Shown here piece by piece: positions 1 to 8,332 of a DNA stretch of 40,863 nucleotides. Position 1 is the first letter of the stretch. Every line of letters begins with the position of its first letter. Origin of the DNA: a virus. Its lineage: Duplodnaviria; Caudoviricetes. Location of the stretch: positions 1 through 40,863 of IMG/VR virus record IMGVR_UViG_3300030207_002573; one strand, given 5' to 3'. A model generated the notes under the pieces. It saw only the letters and a program-made list of their open reading frames with translations. It was not told the origin of the DNA and searched no databases. The translations under genes were made by a program, and so were the position numbers.

Positions 1-543
1 ATGGTTTTAGCCAAAGCTACTCATAAACCAAAACTTGAAATAGTAGCTAACCCACGAACAGAAAAGAACATCACACCTAAACAAGAAGAGTTTGCAAGAT
101 TGTATGTATGTGAGGACATCAGCCAAACAGAGGCCGCAGTCAGGGCAGGTTACTCTGTAAAGTCGGCACATGCCATAGCATCACAACTGCTAAATGGTCA
201 ACGCTACCCACACGTAGTAGCGAGGATAGGCGAACTTAAAAGTGAACTTGCTAAAAAATATGAAGTTACTTTTGAGGGCCACGTCAAAAAATTGGCAGAG
301 ATACGTGATGCAGCTATGACTGGTGGTAACTTCGCCGCAGCTGTCGCCGCTGAAAAATCACGAGGCCAAGCCGCAGGCCTCTATATTGACCGTAAAGAAA
401 TACTCCACGGTAAAATAGACCAGATGGATAAAGAGCAAGTAATGAAAGAAATACAAAAGCTACAAAAAGAGTTCCCTGCTCTTGCCGCTGTTGCTGATGG
501 CAATGTGGTAATAGAAGGACAGGTTAAAGATAAGACAAAATAA
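1..543 (+). CDS. terS: Terminase small subunit
   Basis: N-terminal HTH pattern 'ITPKQEEFARLY...SQTEAAVRAGYSVKSAHAIASQLL' typical of TerS; lies upstream of terL. Start is at the window edge. Confidence 0.85.
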   Translation: MVLAKATHKPKLEIVANPRTEKNITPKQEEFARLYVCEDISQTEAAVRAGYSVKSAHAIASQLLNGQRYPHVVARIGELKSELAKKYEVTFEGHVKKLAEIRDAAMTGGNFAAAVAAEKSRGQAAGLYIDRKEILHGKIDQMDKEQVMKEIQKLQKEFPALAAVADGNVVIEGQVKDKTK

Positions 544-577
544 GATATAAAAGCACTTACTCTTTGTACCTCCCAAG

Positions 578-597
578 GTTACTATAACTATAGTAAC
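578..597. promoter_or_regulatory. Perfect inverted repeat GTTACTATA-ac-TATAGTAAC, operator-like
   Basis: Seen directly between terS and ORF 623; overlaps -10-like hexamers TATAAC/TATAGT. Confidence 0.4.
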
Positions 598-622
598 AAT
601 TAACCGAGAAAGGGTTAGACAA

Positions 623-1084
623 ATGGGTACAAGATGTAATATTGTTTTAGAGTGTGGTGACCACGTTAAGTATATTTACAGACATTATGATGGTTACCCT
701 AGTAGCGTAATACCTGAGCTTAAAAAATATGTTGAGGCTATACGGTGGTACGTTGATCACCGCTGTGCTAAACACTCGCGCCAATCCCACTACACAATTG
801 AGTATTTTGCAAAAATGCTAGACTTTTATGCAGACCTTCTTGTGAAGCATTCTGCTTGGGATCAAGCGATGCCAAGGGTTGCAGAAATTGACAATGTGCA
901 AATACCCTACGAGCCTATGCAGTTAGAGGGTAAGTATGAAATTACTACTGGTATACATGGTGATATTGATTGGCTGTATATTATTACCATTGACCAAACG
1001 ACGCACAAGGTTTGTAGCATAAGTGAGTATGACCGTGATAGTTATAACCAATATATGCCAGAGCTTAATTTGAGGAGAGCATGA
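623..1084 (+). CDS. Conserved hypothetical phage protein (YxHxDGYP motif)
   Basis: MGTRCNI...YIYRHYDGYPS N-terminus recurs in phage proteins of unknown function; RBS-like GAAAGGG upstream. Confidence 0.7.
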   Translation: MGTRCNIVLECGDHVKYIYRHYDGYPSSVIPELKKYVEAIRWYVDHRCAKHSRQSHYTIEYFAKMLDFYADLLVKHSAWDQAMPRVAEIDNVQIPYEPMQLEGKYEITTGIHGDIDWLYIITIDQTTHKVCSISEYDRDSYNQYMPELNLRRA

Positions 1085-1383
1085 TGCGTAAGTTAATTGA
1101 GCATGATGCGTTTTTTGATAGTTGCCGTGGCATAGCGGAGGGTGTATTTCCCCATACAAACCCCAGCGGAGTCGTGCATTATTACTATGCAGAAACGCAG
1201 TTAAAGTTGAGCTGTTACAGATCTGTTGATGTGTATGCTGAAAATGGTGCTTTGTGTGGTGCTGACCTTATACGTTACGTTACGTATGGACGCCAAGCAT
1301 CACCATTGCGTAGCCATGTTATGGAATGTCCTGACTGTGCCAAATTGGTAGAGTCAGCAAGGGTAGGTGCAAGCCATGACTAG
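1081..1383 (+). CDS. Hypothetical protein with C-terminal CxxC
   Basis: ATGA overlap with the upstream ORF, AGGAG RBS, CPDC motif. Confidence 0.55.
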   Translation: MMRKLIEHDAFFDSCRGIAEGVFPHTNPSGVVHYYYAETQLKLSCYRSVDVYAENGALCGADLIRYVTYGRQASPLRSHVMECPDCAKLVESARVGASHD

Positions 1384-1849
1384 CAAGCCAGAGAGTAAAC
1401 TTTGGCATAAGTTAAGGGAGGGGACTCAAGACCTAGGCGTGTTTTGGACACGCTTAGAGTCTTGGGCGACTCCAGGGATACCCGACTTACATGGCATAAT
1501 TGACGGAACAAGTTTTTGGCTTGAACTTAAAGTCCACAGGTTAAAGTCACTAAAAAGTATCGCACTGCGTCCGCATCAAATTGCGTGGCAAACCAGATAT
1601 TTTATGAATAAAGGTCAAGTTTACAACTTGGTTCATCATCCTTCGTCCTCTACCCTGAATATATTTGGGGGAGAAAGAGCGATTAAGATGGGAGAGACCA
1701 AGGGCCATGCACCATTAGAACCTGACTGGTGTTGTGGTTCTCCGTTTGATTGGCATGGTGTCATCAATCATATTCTGTCATCATCGTCTCATCTCAAATC
1801 AAATCAAGATTACGACGGAGAGACGATTACGACGGAGAGAGGACAATAG
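1367..1849 (+). CDS. PD-(D/E)xK nuclease (VRR-NUC / Holliday junction resolvase-like); probable start at ATG 1376
   Basis: Motifs 'PESKLW', 'PGIPDL', 'FWLELK', 'LRPHQIAW'. The C-terminal tail runs into the repeat tract. Confidence 0.75.
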   Translation: MQAMTSKPESKLWHKLREGTQDLGVFWTRLESWATPGIPDLHGIIDGTSFWLELKVHRLKSLKSIALRPHQIAWQTRYFMNKGQVYNLVHHPSSSTLNIFGGERAIKMGETKGHAPLEPDWCCGSPFDWHGVINHILSSSSHLKSNQDYDGETITTERGQ

Positions 1850-2178
1850 ATAATGATTGATGATGATATATATATTGATCGTTATTGATCGTTATTGATC
1901 AACCTTGATCGGGGACGATTAATAATTGACGAGAGCAAAAAATACAACAAACGACAACAACAGACCATTGTGGCAGTGTATACAATAACCATTGTTTAAC
2001 TAGCAAAGGTATTGACCAATGGTATTTGTGATTTGTCTTATTGTCGTTTGTTTATTGGCAATGTTTTACGATTATAGTTGAGATTAAGATTACGACGAGA
2101 GAGAGCGTGTGTGTATGCGAGGAGTATTGATATAGGTACGTATACATATATCACGTCAAATCAAATCAAATCTTGTCG
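1760..2178. repeat. GA/TC-rich short repeat arrays
   Basis: TCAAA x3 (1794-1807 and 2156-2172); GATTACGACGGAGAGA x2 (1808-1823, 1825-1840) with a variant at 2088-2105; TTGATC x4 at exact 10-bp spacing (1875-1910). Confidence 0.9.
2019..2081 (+). CDS. Putative 20-aa hydrophobic peptide MVFVICLIVVCLLAMFYDYS
   Basis: Translated by hand; AAAGGT RBS-like sequence upstream resembles those of neighbouring genes. Confidence 0.3.
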   Translation: MVFVICLIVVCLLAMFYDYS

Positions 2179-2204
2179 CGGGCAAGGGCCAAAAATGCCG
2201 TGAT

Positions 2205-2264
2205 AAAAAAAGTTTAAAAAAATGCATTATTGGGGTTTACATATAATGTATTGCACATTATATT
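2205..2264 (+). promoter_or_regulatory. Sigma70-type promoter with A-tract UP element
   Basis: -35 TTTACA (2236-2241), 17-bp spacer, -10 TATATT (2259-2264), A-tracts at 2205-2222. Confidence 0.65.
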
Positions 2265-2327
2265 AATAAGCATGGCAATAACGCCACAACGGGCTTAGCG
2301 GCCCACCATTAAAAAGGGTTTAAAAAA

Positions 2328-2837
2328 ATGGTAAAAGCAAACACAAAGTTTTTAAAAACTTTACAGCCAACTACAGCGGCAACTAACACAGTAACAACTG
2401 GCGCGGTTTTAAAAGGCCCATTGTTAACTAGCACAGGCGCATTTAACTACGCAGCTGTGCAAACGTTTATTAATACCAAAGCTGGGGGCAATGCCAACAA
2501 CGTTGCTATAGTGCCATGTAAAGGCGTTACCTTTGCCAGCTTTACAATGGGTAAAGGCGGTAAGGCCCCATGTAAAACACTAGGCGGTTTTAACGCCCAG
2601 CAATATGGCGTTAGGCAAACCATGCTATGGCATGCGTTAAACGGCCAGCTTACTTTAGGCGCTTGGTTAAACGCCTGTAAAAGCAAGGGGGCGCTTGGTA
2701 TACCCAGCGGTGGGCAAAGCGCAACCAAGCCAATAGTTTTGTTGGCATTGCTTAACGGTGGGTTTAGCCGCAACGCTAACACATGGGGCGTGCCACAGGT
2801 ACAGCTAGTAGTTAAACCCCAAACCGTTAAAGGCTAA
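2328..2837 (+). CDS. Hypothetical basic protein with no Asp/Glu, encoded in a GA/TC-free island
   Basis: 169-aa ORF with its own promoter, AAAGGG RBS and terminator. No family recognised. Confidence 0.8.
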   Translation: MVKANTKFLKTLQPTTAATNTVTTGAVLKGPLLTSTGAFNYAAVQTFINTKAGGNANNVAIVPCKGVTFASFTMGKGGKAPCKTLGGFNAQQYGVRQTMLWHALNGQLTLGAWLNACKSKGALGIPSGGQSATKPIVLLALLNGGFSRNANTWGVPQVQLVVKPQTVKG

Positions 2838-2846
2838 CGGTTTTTG

Positions 2847-2875
2847 TGGGGGGCAAAATTGCCCCCCATTTTTTT
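2847..2875 (+). terminator. Rho-independent terminator
   Basis: TGGGGGGC-aaaatt-GCCCCCCA stem followed by T7, about 10 bp after the stop codon. Confidence 0.85.
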
Positions 2876-3147
2876 GTGCCTATTTAGTTGCCTAGGCAAC
2901 TATTAGCTAAGCAACTAATTTGCCAAGGTACCCCTAAATTTTGGCGCGGCAAAAACCATGCCAACTTTTGCGGCCCCCCTGAGACAAAAATGGTGGTATA
3001 CGTAGCACCATTTACCCTGTTTCGCACGATTCAACATTATCCAAAAACATATTACTAGAAAGTCAAGTCCGTTGACCTACCCCCCCTTTTTGTTAGTATT
3101 GATTATAGGTTCATTGTCCTTGAAAAATTTTCGATATATAAGAAAAT

Positions 3148-4614
3148 ATGGTTAGTGAGTTGGAGCATGTTCCCGAAGAACATTTAAAAAAGTTTGCTAC
3201 GTTATTAGACCGAGCGAGTTATTTAACTAAAGCAGAGTCAGCGCGTAGTGATTTTATGACGTATTGCCAGATGGTGTGGCCTGAGTTTGTGAATGGACGC
3301 CACCATGGAATAATGGCGGAGAAGTTTAACCGATTAGCTTCTGGTGATTTAAAACGGTTAATTGTGAATATGCCCCCCCGACATACGAAGAGTGAGTTTG
3401 GTAGTTATTTATTGCCTTCGTGGTTAATGGGTAGGAAGCCAACATTAAAGATTATGCAGACAACGCATACGGCAGAGTTGGCATTTAGGTTTGGACGTAA
3501 AACAAGAAATTTAATGAATACTGATGAGTATCGAGGTATCTTTGATGTTGAGTTACGAGCAGATAGCCAAGCTGCGGGTAGATGGGAGACATCAAAGGGT
3601 GGAGAATATTTTGCGGCTGGAGTTGGTGGAGCGGTGACGGGCCGTGGTGCGGATTTATTAATTATTGATGACCCGCATTCTGAACAAGATGCGTTATCGC
3701 CTACAGCATTAGAACATGCTTATGAGTGGTATACATCTGGCCCCCGTCAGCGATTACAGCCTGGAGGGAGTATAGTAATTATTATGACTCGTTGGGCTGA
3801 GAATGATTTGACGGGTAAGCTGTTGCGTCAGCAGGCGCGAGATATATTAGCAGATAAGTGGGAAGTTGTAGAGTTTCCAGCATTAATGCCAGAGTCGAAT
3901 GAACCATTATGGCCTGAGTATTGGAAGAAAGAAGATTTATTAGCGGTTAAGGGAAGTTTATCGGTAGGAAAATGGGAAGCGCAGTGGCAGCAAAACCCGA
4001 CGAGTGAGGGAGCTGCGATACTTAAACGTGATTGGTGGCAGGAGTGGGAGAAAGAAGAGTTACCGCATTTAGATTATGTTATGCAATCTTATGATACAGC
4101 TTATAGTAAAAAGGAGTCAGCGGATTACAGTGCTATAACAACGTGGGGAGTTTTTTATCCGTATGATGGAGCGCCAGCAAATATATTACTTGTTGATGCC
4201 CAGAGGGGTAGGTGGGATTTTCCTGAGTTACGACGTAAAGCATTAGAGGAATATAAGTATTGGGATCCGGAATGTGTATTAATTGAGGCAAAAGCTTCGG
4301 GTATGCCATTAACTCAAGAATTGCGTAATATGGGTATTCCGGTGCAGAATTATAGTCCTTCTAGAGGTAATGATAAATATACGCGAGTAAATTCTATTGC
4401 ACCATTACTCGAATCAGGATTAGTATGGGCACCAGATACTCGTTGGTCGGAAGAGGTGATTGAGGAGTGTGCGGCGTTTCCTGCTGGAGAGCATGATGAT
4501 TATGTTGATACGGTAACACAGGCGTTGCGAAGATTTAGAGAGGGTGGTTTTATACAGCACCCAGAAGATTATGAAGATGAAGAGGCACCCCCAAGAGTAA
4601 GGAGTTACTATTAA
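3148..4614 (+). CDS. terL: Terminase large subunit
   Basis: Walker A variant 'MPPRHTKS', Walker B 'LLIIDDPH', 'IIMTRW', nuclease motifs 'SYDTA' and 'HDDYVD'. Confidence 0.95.
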   Translation: MVSELEHVPEEHLKKFATLLDRASYLTKAESARSDFMTYCQMVWPEFVNGRHHGIMAEKFNRLASGDLKRLIVNMPPRHTKSEFGSYLLPSWLMGRKPTLKIMQTTHTAELAFRFGRKTRNLMNTDEYRGIFDVELRADSQAAGRWETSKGGEYFAAGVGGAVTGRGADLLIIDDPHSEQDALSPTALEHAYEWYTSGPRQRLQPGGSIVIIMTRWAENDLTGKLLRQQARDILADKWEVVEFPALMPESNEPLWPEYWKKEDLLAVKGSLSVGKWEAQWQQNPTSEGAAILKRDWWQEWEKEELPHLDYVMQSYDTAYSKKESADYSAITTWGVFYPYDGAPANILLVDAQRGRWDFPELRRKALEEYKYWDPECVLIEAKASGMPLTQELRNMGIPVQNYSPSRGNDKYTRVNSIAPLLESGLVWAPDTRWSEEVIEECAAFPAGEHDDYVDTVTQALRRFREGGFIQHPEDYEDEEAPPRVRSYY

Positions 4615-6989
4615 TGGCATTATCTCCTAAAGCAAACAATGTAGATCGCGCTTTAATACAGGCACCAGTTTCTGATTTAAGTTTTGAAGAAGAGGATTTG
4701 CTGGGCCAAGAGAATGATTTTTTCCAAGGTGAGATAGAAATCGTAGAAGATGATGATGGCGGTGTAGAAATAACCGCAGGTATGGATGAGCAGGTATTTG
4801 GTGAAGAGCCTGCAAACTTTTACGATAATCTGGCTGAAAATTTACAGGATTCTACACTTGCAGAAATAGCGAGTTATGTAACTTCTACAGTAGAAGAAGA
4901 TAAAAGTAGCCGTAGTGATTGGGAAGATACTTATATTAAGGGATTAGATTTGCTTGGTATGCGGTATGAAACACGTACTGAGCCGTTTGAGGGTGCTACT
5001 GGTGTAATACATCCGTTATTAAATGAGGCAATTACACAATTTCAGGCATCAGCATATAAAGAAATGTTGCCAAGCCAAGGGCCAGTACGAGCAAATATTA
5101 TTGGTATACCAACACCCGAAACAGAGCAACAGGCCCAACGAGTACAAACATACATGAATTACCAGCTTATGTATGAGATGGAAGAGTATGAGCCTGAGTT
5201 TGACCAGATGTTATATTACTTAGGGTTAGCAGGGAGTGCATTTAAGAAAATTTACCGCGATGAAATGCTAGATAGGCCAGTAAGTAAGTTTGTGCCTGCC
5301 GAAGATGTGATTGTTCCGTACATTGCAACTGATTTACAATCTGCAGAGCGCATAACTCATGTGATAAAAATGTCAAAAAATGAGTTAAAAAAGCTACAGC
5401 TATCTGGTTTTTACATGGAAATGGATAGTGAGAGCAGTGCTTCGCCAGAAACAGATGATGTACAGTCCGCTTATGATGATATTGAGGGTATAAGCCCTTC
5501 ATATAATGATGAACAATTTACATTGTTTGAATGTCATTGTTTCTTAGATATAGAAGAGTACGCAGATAAGCGTGAAGATGGCGAAAGTTCTGGTTTAAAA
5601 CTGCCATATATAGCAACTGTATGCAAAGATACAGGCGAAGTATTGTCAATTAGGCGTAATTACCTACAAAATGACCCAAATAAAGATAAAATTCAGCATT
5701 TTGTACAATATAAATTTACTCCAGGATTAGGTTTTTACGGTTTTGGGCTTATACATCTGCTTGGTAACTTATCTAGAACGGCAACAGCTAATTTACGACA
5801 GTTAATTGACTCTGGTACCTTGGCAAATATGCCAGCAGGATTTAAAGCTCGTGGTTTGCGGATTGCAGATGAGCAAAGTCCGCTAAATCCAGGAGAATTT
5901 AGGGATGTTGATGTTCCAGGAGGTGATTTAAAAGCATCTTTAATGCCATTACCGTATAAAGAGCCTAGTGGAACGTTGTTTCAGTTAATGGGTTTTGTTG
6001 TTGATGCCGCACAACGGTTTATTGGCACGACTGATATGGGTGTTGGTCAGGGTAATCAAGAAATGCCTGTTGGAACAACTATTGCGTTACTTGAAAGAGG
6101 TAGCCGTATAGTTTCTGCAGTGCATAAACGATTACATGCGTCATTAAAACAAGAATTAAAAATGTTAGGTGCTTTATTTGCAGAGGATCCACGGCCTTAC
6201 CCTTATAATGCAGGAGCTGATGCACAAATAAAAAGTTCGGATTTTGATGGTAGGATAGATATCCTGCCAGTAAGTGATCCAAATATTTTTAGTATGTCGC
6301 AAAGGGTTGTATTAGCACAAGAACAACTCAAATTAGCGGTTGCTGCGCCCGATATGCACAATTTGTATGAAGCATATCACCGAGTGTATGAGGCTTTGGG
6401 TGTAAATAATATTGACCAAATATTAAAACCTGAACCTGAGCAACGCCCTATGGATCCAACAATGGAGAATATGGAAACGAGTAATGTGGCTAATGGGCAG
6501 GGTAAATTACAAGCCTACCCAGAACAAGACCATGATGCTCATATTGCAGTGCATTTAGCATATATCAATAGTAGAGTTGCTCAAATGCAAGCACCTGTAG
6601 CGATATTATTAGAAAAACATATTTACGAACATCTTGGTTTAAAAGCTAGGATAGTTGTACAGCAACAAATGCAGGGACAACAAGTTTCACCAGAACAAGT
6701 AGAGGGTATGATTGCTCAAACGCAGGCACAATTAATTGCACAGTTCCAGCAATCGATGCCACCAGCACAAGAGGAAGATCCACTTGTCAAGATCAAGCAA
6801 CAAGAGTTAGCATTGCGTGAACAGGAAATGTTGGCTGACCAGCAAACAGACCAGAGGAAGTTAGCTCTGGATCAACAACGGCAACAGCAACAATTCCAAT
6901 TAGGCCAAGATAGAATAAACAGTACAGAGGATATTGCACAAATGAGAGCTAGGATTGCTTTGCAAAGAAATGCAAACACTAGAGGTTAA
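4614..6989 (+). CDS. Portal protein
   Basis: 791 aa directly after terL; 'HPLLNEA', 'GSAFKKIY', 'GFYGFGL' motifs; Gln-rich coiled C-terminus like P22-type barrel portals. Confidence 0.85.
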   Translation: MALSPKANNVDRALIQAPVSDLSFEEEDLLGQENDFFQGEIEIVEDDDGGVEITAGMDEQVFGEEPANFYDNLAENLQDSTLAEIASYVTSTVEEDKSSRSDWEDTYIKGLDLLGMRYETRTEPFEGATGVIHPLLNEAITQFQASAYKEMLPSQGPVRANIIGIPTPETEQQAQRVQTYMNYQLMYEMEEYEPEFDQMLYYLGLAGSAFKKIYRDEMLDRPVSKFVPAEDVIVPYIATDLQSAERITHVIKMSKNELKKLQLSGFYMEMDSESSASPETDDVQSAYDDIEGISPSYNDEQFTLFECHCFLDIEEYADKREDGESSGLKLPYIATVCKDTGEVLSIRRNYLQNDPNKDKIQHFVQYKFTPGLGFYGFGLIHLLGNLSRTATANLRQLIDSGTLANMPAGFKARGLRIADEQSPLNPGEFRDVDVPGGDLKASLMPLPYKEPSGTLFQLMGFVVDAAQRFIGTTDMGVGQGNQEMPVGTTIALLERGSRIVSAVHKRLHASLKQELKMLGALFAEDPRPYPYNAGADAQIKSSDFDGRIDILPVSDPNIFSMSQRVVLAQEQLKLAVAAPDMHNLYEAYHRVYEALGVNNIDQILKPEPEQRPMDPTMENMETSNVANGQGKLQAYPEQDHDAHIAVHLAYINSRVAQMQAPVAILLEKHIYEHLGLKARIVVQQQMQGQQVSPEQVEGMIAQTQAQLIAQFQQSMPPAQEEDPLVKIKQQELALREQEMLADQQTDQRKLALDQQRQQQQFQLGQDRINSTEDIAQMRARIALQRNANTRG

Positions 6990-6995
6990 TGGTTT

Positions 6996-7709
6996 ATGCC
7001 TTATTTGATTAGTAATGTTCCGCACTTTAATTGTTGGGTGCGGAGGGAGTTTACTTGTAACCATATGGATTATCATGGCGAGTTTCTCCATGCAGTGGCT
7101 TTTGCGGTAAATACAATACCTGATAGGTCGTTAAGTTTTCAGGTTGTATTTACAGGTTGTGAAGAGCTAGAGGAAACAGGCGAAAATGTACATGGCGGTG
7201 CTATGTGGGCAAGGATGCCAATAGAAGCATTAGTTGCAGATATACCCTTGCAAGAGTGGCCCGAGCCAATGTTAGATCATTTATGCCAACCTTGGGATTG
7301 TGAATCTAGAGACCACAGTGTTGTTATTATGGATCGTGTAAGTTCATCACCGTGGATATGTAAAATAGATGGCGAGTTTTACACTGGCAAATATATGTTT
7401 ACTGTAGATTACACAGGTAATGATATAGCAGATGACCCTGCTCAACATAAACAATCCCATGTAATTTACCTTACTGATGCAGGTCAGTGGACTGGTAATT
7501 TTGTAGCATTGCCTAATAATAGAGTGCGAGCTACTAGTCCGGCTCTTTGGCGTACAGGCGAGGGCGCTCCTAATTTTGCACCATCGCAATGGGTACATTC
7601 TGCAGAGGGCCATGAATCTTACTTAGACCCTGTTACTACGTTTGATAATTTGTATTCTGATAATAGGAAGAAAAAGAATGGCAAAAGCTCCCGCAAAAAG
7701 AAAATTTAA
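6996..7709 (+). CDS. Conserved hypothetical phage protein
   Basis: Long ORF continuing the operon; 'GGAMWARMPI', 'YMFTVD', 'ALPNNR' segments; function unknown. Confidence 0.75.
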   Translation: MPYLISNVPHFNCWVRREFTCNHMDYHGEFLHAVAFAVNTIPDRSLSFQVVFTGCEELEETGENVHGGAMWARMPIEALVADIPLQEWPEPMLDHLCQPWDCESRDHSVVIMDRVSSSPWICKIDGEFYTGKYMFTVDYTGNDIADDPAQHKQSHVIYLTDAGQWTGNFVALPNNRVRATSPALWRTGEGAPNFAPSQWVHSAEGHESYLDPVTTFDNLYSDNRKKKNGKSSRKKKI

Positions 7710-7875
7710 AAAAGTACCTAAGACTAAAAAGGGTGTGCCAAAAGTATATGTGCGAGGTGCTAAAAACCCTAAAGCAAGGGAAGCTGAAATTAAAAGAACT
7801 GCGAAGCTGTATAGGCAAGGTAAACTAACACCTGCTATGATGGAGCGAATTGATAAGCAAAGGAGTAAATCATAA
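7678..7875 (+). CDS. Small Lys/Arg-rich protein
   Basis: Probable start MAKAP at 7678 within ORF 7642-7875; coupled to the next ORF (TAATG). Confidence 0.6.
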   Translation: MAKAPAKRKFKKVPKTKKGVPKVYVRGAKNPKAREAEIKRTAKLYRQGKLTPAMMERIDKQRSKS

Positions 7876-8141
7876 TGGCTACTGCAAAAAAACCCGCTGC
7901 TAAAAAGAGCTCTGGTAAGTATAGTTCTATTCCAGGAGCTGGAAGGTTTTCTAAAAGCACGTTAGATAAGGTTTACAAAAGAGGATTAGGTGCATACTTT
8001 TCTTCTGGCAGTAGACCTAAAACCTCGCAACATGCGTGGGCTATGGGCAGAGTTAAAAGTTTTGTTTCGGGTAAAGGTGGCGCTCGTAAAGCAGATTCTG
8101 ATTTGTTAGGTAAAGGCAAAAGTAAAAAGAAAACAACGTAA
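7875..8141 (+). CDS. Small basic protein (DUF5824-like)
   Basis: 'LDKVYKRGLGAY..SGSRP...QHAWAMGRV' motif; AGGAG RBS. Confidence 0.7.
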   Translation: MATAKKPAAKKSSGKYSSIPGAGRFSKSTLDKVYKRGLGAYFSSGSRPKTSQHAWAMGRVKSFVSGKGGARKADSDLLGKGKSKKKTT

Positions 8142-8152
8142 GGTTAGCACTG

Positions 8153-8332
8153 ATGCCTCATTATACTAAGCCGTTGCGGAAAGTAATAAAAAGTTTAAAC
8201 AAAGCGTCTAAATCACATAGAGGCCAAGCAAAAACTTTAAGTAAAATATTAAAAGACCAGAAAAAAGGATATAGTAAAGTTGTCCAGAGCAAAGCGAGAC
8301 CCAAGGGTAGGAACAGGAAAAAAGCCTCCTAA
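8153..8332 (+). CDS. Small basic protein, 59 aa (absent from ORF track)
   Basis: Hand-translated MPHYTKPLRKVIKSLNKASKSHRGQAKTL...; fills the gap in the operon. Confidence 0.55.
   Translation: MPHYTKPLRKVIKSLNKASKSHRGQAKTLSKILKDQKKGYSKVVQSKARPKGRNRKKAS

Noticed and set aside
1367-1849. Nuclease as cognate restriction partner of the methyltransferase
   Set aside because: It lies about 34 kb away and matches the VRR-NUC/resolvase-like type common near packaging genes.
1808-2105. GATTACGACG repeats as a mini-CRISPR array
   Set aside because: Repeats are only 16 bp, two are separated by 1 bp, there are no regular unique spacers and no cas genes.
2447-2782. Minus-strand 111-aa ORF inside the island
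   Set aside because: Loss of TC removes reverse-strand TGA stops, so open antisense frames are expected. Promoter, RBS and terminator all support the + strand gene.
2328-2837. Absence of Asp/Glu as purely protein-level selection
   Set aside because: GA and TC are also absent at codon junctions, at synonymous positions and in about 270 bp of non-coding flanks.
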